The translations under genes and the position numbers were made by a program. A stretch of 64,000 bases of DNA, from positions 2,170,001 to 2,234,000 of the forward strand of contig JASTWF010000035.1 of the NCBI GenBank assembly GCA_030390025.1, given 5' to 3'. The notes beneath the pieces were generated by a model. That model had not been told where the DNA came from. It was given only the letters and a program-made list of their open reading frames with translations, and made no database searches. Source of the DNA: Squalus acanthias (lineage: Eukaryota). How positions within the stretch are numbered: the stretch's first letter is position 1; each line of letters starts with the position of its first letter. This document shows positions 59,508-64,000 of this stretch, piece after piece.

Positions 59508-62459
59508 ATGACAACAGAGAGGGTCATAGACATAGGTAGCAGTAGGGGAATCACAAATCAGAGCGTGGCAGGAAGGGACAGAGTGTGTGGAGTAAAAGGT
59601 AAAGTGGTAAAAAGTGAAAAAGCAGGAACTAAGTGCCACAAAGCATATTTGAAAGTTCTCTATCTGAATGCACGTAGCATTCGTAACAAAATAGACGAGT
59701 TAATGGCACAAATAACTACATATGGTTATGATATTGTGGCCATTACAGAAACATGGCTGCAGGGTGACAATGCCTGGGAATTAAACATACCAGGTTATTT
59801 AATGATCACGAAGGACAGGCAGGAAGGAAGGGGAGGTGGGGTGGCTATGTTAATAAAGGAAGGAATAACTGTAATACAGAGTAATGATATTGGGTCAAAA
59901 AATCATGATAATGAAACAGTTTGGGTGGAGATAAGGAATAATAAGGGGAAAAAAACACTAGTGGGCATAGTCTATAGGCCTCCGAACAGTTGCAACTCTG
60001 TTGGACGGAGTATCAATCAGGAAATAGTTGAGGCATGTAATAAGGGAACATCTATAATTATGGGGGATTTTAACTATCATATTAATTGGACAAATCAAAT
60101 GGGGCAGGGCTGCCTTGAGGATGAGTTCATTGAGTGTATTAGGGATGGGTTTCTTGAGCAGTATGTAACTGAACCGACCAGGGGGCAAGCAACCTTAGAT
60201 CTGGTCCTGTGTAACGAGATAGGATTAATTAAAAATGTCCTAGTAAAGGATCCCCTTGGAATGAGTGACCATAACATGGTTGAATTCCATATTCAATTAG
60301 AGGGTGAGAAGGTTGGATCTCAAACAAGCGTGCTAAGCTTGAATAAAGGAGACTATGAAGGTATGCGAGCGGAATTGAGTAGAGTGGATTGGGAAAATAG
60401 ATTAAAGGGTAAGACGACACATGATCAGTGGTGTACATTCAAGGAGTTATTTTACAACTTCCAAAAAAAATATATTCCACTGAAAAGAAAAGGGTGTAAA
60501 AGAAAGGACAGTCATCCGTGGCTAAGTAAAGAAATTAAGGATAGTATTCGACTAAAAACAAGGGCATATAAGGTAGCGAAATCTAGTGGGAGGACAGAGG
60601 ATTGGGAAAACTTTAAAAGGCAGCAAAAAATAACAAAAAGATTGATTAAGAAAGGGAAGATAGATTATGAAAGTAAATTAGCAAAAAATATAAAAACAGA
60701 TAGTAAGAGTTTTTATAGTTATATAAAAAGAAAAAGGGTGGCTAAAGTAAATGTTGGTCCCTTAGAGGATGAGACCGGGAAATTAATGGTGGGAAATATG
60801 GAGATGGCAAAAACACTGAATGAATATTTTGTATCAGTCTTTACAGTAGAGGACACTAAGAATATCCCAACACTGGACAAACAGGGGGCTATAGGGGGAG
60901 AGGAGCTAAACACGATCAAAATCACTAAGGAAGTGGTACTCGGTAAAATAATGGGACTCAAGGCGGATAAATCACCTGGACCTGATGGCTTACATCCTAG
61001 AGTCTTGAAGGAAGTGGCGGTAGGGATTGTAGATGCATTGGTAATAATTTTTCAGAACTCCCTGGATTCCGCTAAGGTCCCGGCAGACTGGAAAACTGCT
61101 AATGTAACACCCTTATTTAAAAAGGGCAGTAGACAGAAGGCTGGTAACTATAGACCGGTTAGCCTAACATCTGTGGTAGGTAAAATTTTGGAGTCCATTA
61201 TTAAGGAAACAGTAACAGGACATTTGGATAATCATAATTTAATAGGACAAAGTCAGTATGGTTTTACGAAGGGGAAGTCATGTTTGACAAATTTGCTGGA
61301 GTTCTTTGAGGAAGTAACATATAGAGTGGATAAAGGGGAACCAGTGGACGTAGTGTATTTAGACTTCCAAAAGGCATTTGACAAGGTGCCACACAAAAGA
61401 TTATTGCTTAAGGTAAAAAATCACGGGATTGGGGGTAATATTCTGGCATGGATAGAGGATTGGCTATCTAACAGAAAGCAAAGAGTTGGGATAAATGGTT
61501 CATTCTCAGACTGGCAATCAGTAACTAGTGGTGTTCCACAGGGGTCAGTGCTGGGTCCCCAACTCTTTACAATCTATATTAACGATTTGGAGGAAGGGAC
61601 CAAGTGTAACATATCAAAATTTGCAGATGATACTAAGATGGGAGGGAAAGTAGTGAGTGAGGAGGACATAAAAAACCTGCAAGGGGACATAGACAGGCTA
61701 AGTAAGTGGGCAGAGATTTGGCAGATGGAATACAACACTGGAAAGTGTGAGGTGATGCACTTTGGCAGGAAAAATCCTAGAGCAATTTATTATCTTAATG
61801 GCAAGAAACTGGAGAGTACTGAAGTGCAAAGGGATCTGGGGGTCCTGGTGCACGAAACTCAAAAGGTTAGTATGCAGGTGCAGCAAGTGATTAAGAAGGC
61901 AAATGGAATGTTGGCTTTCATTGCTAGGGGGATAGAATATAAAAATAGGGAGGTATTGCTTCAATTGTACAAGGTATTGGTGAGACCGCACCTGGAATAC
62001 TGCATACAGTTTTGGTGTCCTTACTTAAGGAAAGACATCCTTGCTCTCGAGGCAGTGCAAAAAAGGTTCACTCGGTTAATCCCGGGGATGAGGGGGTGGT
62101 CATATGAGGAGAGGTTGGGTAGATTGGGACTCTACTCATTGGAGTTCAGAAGAATGAGAGGCGATCTTATTGAAACATATAAGATTGTGAAGGGGTTGGA
62201 TCGGGTGGATGCGGGGAGGATGTTCCCGATGATGGGTGAGACTAGAACTAGGGGACATAGTCTTAGAATAAGGGGCTGCTCTTTCAAAACTGAGATGAGG
62301 AGGAACTACTTCACTCAGAGGGTGGTAGGTCCATGGAATATGCTGCCACAAAAAGCTGTAGAAGCTACATCATTAAATAAATTTAAAACAGAAATAGACA
62401 GTTTCCTAGAAGTAAAGGGCATTAAGGGTTACGGGGAGTGGGCAGGAATTTGGACATGA
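59508..62459 (+). CDS. CR1 ORF2 APE-RT, 983 aa, uninterrupted
   Basis: NARSI, ITETW, GDFN, SDH, DFQKAFD, GVPQGS, FADD. Confidence 0.95.
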   Translation: MTTERVIDIGSSRGITNQSVAGRDRVCGVKGKVVKSEKAGTKCHKAYLKVLYLNARSIRNKIDELMAQITTYGYDIVAITETWLQGDNAWELNIPGYLMITKDRQEGRGGGVAMLIKEGITVIQSNDIGSKNHDNETVWVEIRNNKGKKTLVGIVYRPPNSCNSVGRSINQEIVEACNKGTSIIMGDFNYHINWTNQMGQGCLEDEFIECIRDGFLEQYVTEPTRGQATLDLVLCNEIGLIKNVLVKDPLGMSDHNMVEFHIQLEGEKVGSQTSVLSLNKGDYEGMRAELSRVDWENRLKGKTTHDQWCTFKELFYNFQKKYIPLKRKGCKRKDSHPWLSKEIKDSIRLKTRAYKVAKSSGRTEDWENFKRQQKITKRLIKKGKIDYESKLAKNIKTDSKSFYSYIKRKRVAKVNVGPLEDETGKLMVGNMEMAKTLNEYFVSVFTVEDTKNIPTLDKQGAIGGEELNTIKITKEVVLGKIMGLKADKSPGPDGLHPRVLKEVAVGIVDALVIIFQNSLDSAKVPADWKTANVTPLFKKGSRQKAGNYRPVSLTSVVGKILESIIKETVTGHLDNHNLIGQSQYGFTKGKSCLTNLLEFFEEVTYRVDKGEPVDVVYLDFQKAFDKVPHKRLLLKVKNHGIGGNILAWIEDWLSNRKQRVGINGSFSDWQSVTSGVPQGSVLGPQLFTIYINDLEEGTKCNISKFADDTKMGGKVVSEEDIKNLQGDIDRLSKWAEIWQMEYNTGKCEVMHFGRKNPRAIYYLNGKKLESTEVQRDLGVLVHETQKVSMQVQQVIKKANGMLAFIARGIEYKNREVLLQLYKVLVRPHLEYCIQFWCPYLRKDILALEAVQKRFTRLIPGMRGWSYEERLGRLGLYSLEFRRMRGDLIETYKIVKGLDRVDAGRMFPMMGETRTRGHSLRIRGCSFKTEMRRNYFTQRVVGPWNMLPQKAVEATSLNKFKTEIDSFLEVKGIKGYGEWAGIWT

Positions 62460-63187
62460 GTCTAGGTTCGGATCGGTCATGGCCCTGTGGGTAGTGGAGC
62501 GGGCCCAGGGACCGTGTAGCCTGATTCTGCTCCTATTTCGTGTGTGCAATTTTGTTAGATGCAGGAGATGGTTCTGTGATAGTAGATAGTAGATTGGCGG
62601 TTAGGATCAGATCAGCCATGATCTTATTGAATGGCGGAGCAGGCTCGAGGGGCCGATTGGCCTACTCCTGCTCCTATTTCTTATGTTCTTATGAAGGTTC
62701 ACGAGATTGATTCCTGGGATGGCGGGACTGTCGTATGAGAAGAGATTGAGTATACTAGGCCTGTATTCTCTTGAATTCAGAAGAATGAGAGGAGATCTCA
62801 TTGAAGCATACAAAATTATTACAGGGCTTGATAGGGTGGATGCTGGGAGAATGTTTCCCTTGGCTGGGGAGTCTAGAACCAGGGGCCACAGCCTCAGGAA
62901 AAAGGGTAGGCCATTCAGGACTGAGATGAGAAGAAATTTCTTCACACAGAGGGTGGTGAATCTTTGGAATTCTCTACCCCAGAGGGCTGTGGAGGCTCAG
63001 TCATTGGGTATATTCAAAACAGAAGTCGATAGATTTCTGACTAGTAAGGGCATCAAGGGATAGGGCGATTGGGCCGGTGAATGGAGTTGAGGCAGAAGTT
63101 CAGCCATGATTCATTGAATGGCGGAGCAGGCTCGAAGGGCCAAATGGCCTACTCCTGCTCCTATTTCTTATGATCTTATGTTCTTAC

Positions 63188-64000
63188 ATAAACAGGCTGG
63201 TGGAATGGGTGGACACGTAGCAGATGAAGTTTAACGCAGAAAAGTGCGAAGTGATACATTTTGGTAGGAAGAACGGGTAGAGGCAATATAAACTAAAGGG
63301 TACAATCCTAAAGTGGGTGCATGAACAGAGAGACCTGGGGGTATATGTACACAAATCGTTGAAGGTGGCAGGGCTGGTTGAGAAAGTGGTTAAAAAAGCA
63401 TACGGGATACTGGGCTTCATAAATAGAGGCACAGAGTAGAAAAGCAAGGAAGTTATGTTGAACCTGTATAAAACACTGGTTCGGCCTCAACTGGAGTATT
63501 GTGTCCAATTCTGGGCATCACACTTTAGGAAGGATGTGAAGGCCTTAGAGAGGATGCAGAGGACATTTACGAGAATGATTTCAGGGATAAGGGGATTCAG
63601 TTATGTGGATAGACTGGAGAAGCTGGGTTGTTCTACTTAGAGCAGAGAAGGTTGAGAGGAGATTTGATAGAGGTGATCAAAATCATGAGGGGTCTGGACA
63701 GAGTAGATAGAGAGAAACTGTTCCCATTGGCGGAAGGGTCGAGAACCAGAGGACACAGATTTAAGGTGATTGGTAGAAGATCCAAAGGCGACATGAGGAA
63801 AAACTTTTTTGCGCAGTGAGTGGTTATGATCTGGAATGCACTGCCTGAGAGGGTGGTGGAGGCAGATTCAATCGTGGCTTTCAAAAGGGAGTTGGATAAG
63901 TCCCTGAAGGAAAAAGAATTGCTGGGCTACGGGGAAAGGGCGGGGGAATGGGACTAGATGAAATGCTCTTGCAGAGACCTGGCAGGGGCTCGACGGGCCG
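63188..64000 (+). mobile_element. Degenerate CR1 3' fragment
   Basis: KCEVIHFG, PQLEYCVQFW, GDLIEVIKIM; several stops. Confidence 0.88.

Larger units (their letters stand above)
58146..62692 (+). mobile_element. Apparently full-length, intact CR1 LINE
   Basis: GC-rich 5'UTR, ORF1, ORF2, 3'UTR hairpins and TTCTTATGTTCTTAT tail. Confidence 0.93.
57496..63187 (+). mobile_element. CR1 3' portion (57496-58145 and 62693-63187) hosting the intact CR1
   Basis: LRKDILA| ... |RFTRLIPG continuity across the insertion. Confidence 0.8.

Noticed and set aside
1060..63884. Numerous minus-strand ORFs overlapping CR1 ORF2
   Set aside because: Antisense shadows of LINE coding sequence recurring in each copy.

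Overview
Vertebrate genomic DNA, most likely a cartilaginous fish (inferred from shark-type CR1 LINEs and V-domain and Deu-domain SINEs). The only host gene visible is an ADAM metalloprotease, best matching ADAM15, on the minus strand: three exons (48745-48837, 7838-8033, 7200-7308; 398 bp) encoding the disintegrin and start of the cysteine-rich domain. Nearly everything else is intronic repeat. This includes many nested CR1 LINEs (one apparently intact, 58146-62692), RTE LINEs, SINEs, two GC-rich MITEs, a 4.4-kb Gypsy LTR element, a ~19.4-kb 20-bp satellite that grew out of a SINE, and 38-bp and 33-bp minisatellites. The top observation is the Gypsy element. It has no tRNA primer-binding site; instead an exact 11-nt complement of its own LTR follows the 5' LTR, a Tf1-type self-priming signature. 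It also has a YLDN RT motif and no chromodomain. TE boundaries were read by eye and are approximate unless junction sequences are quoted; family names come from recalled consensus motifs, not database searches.
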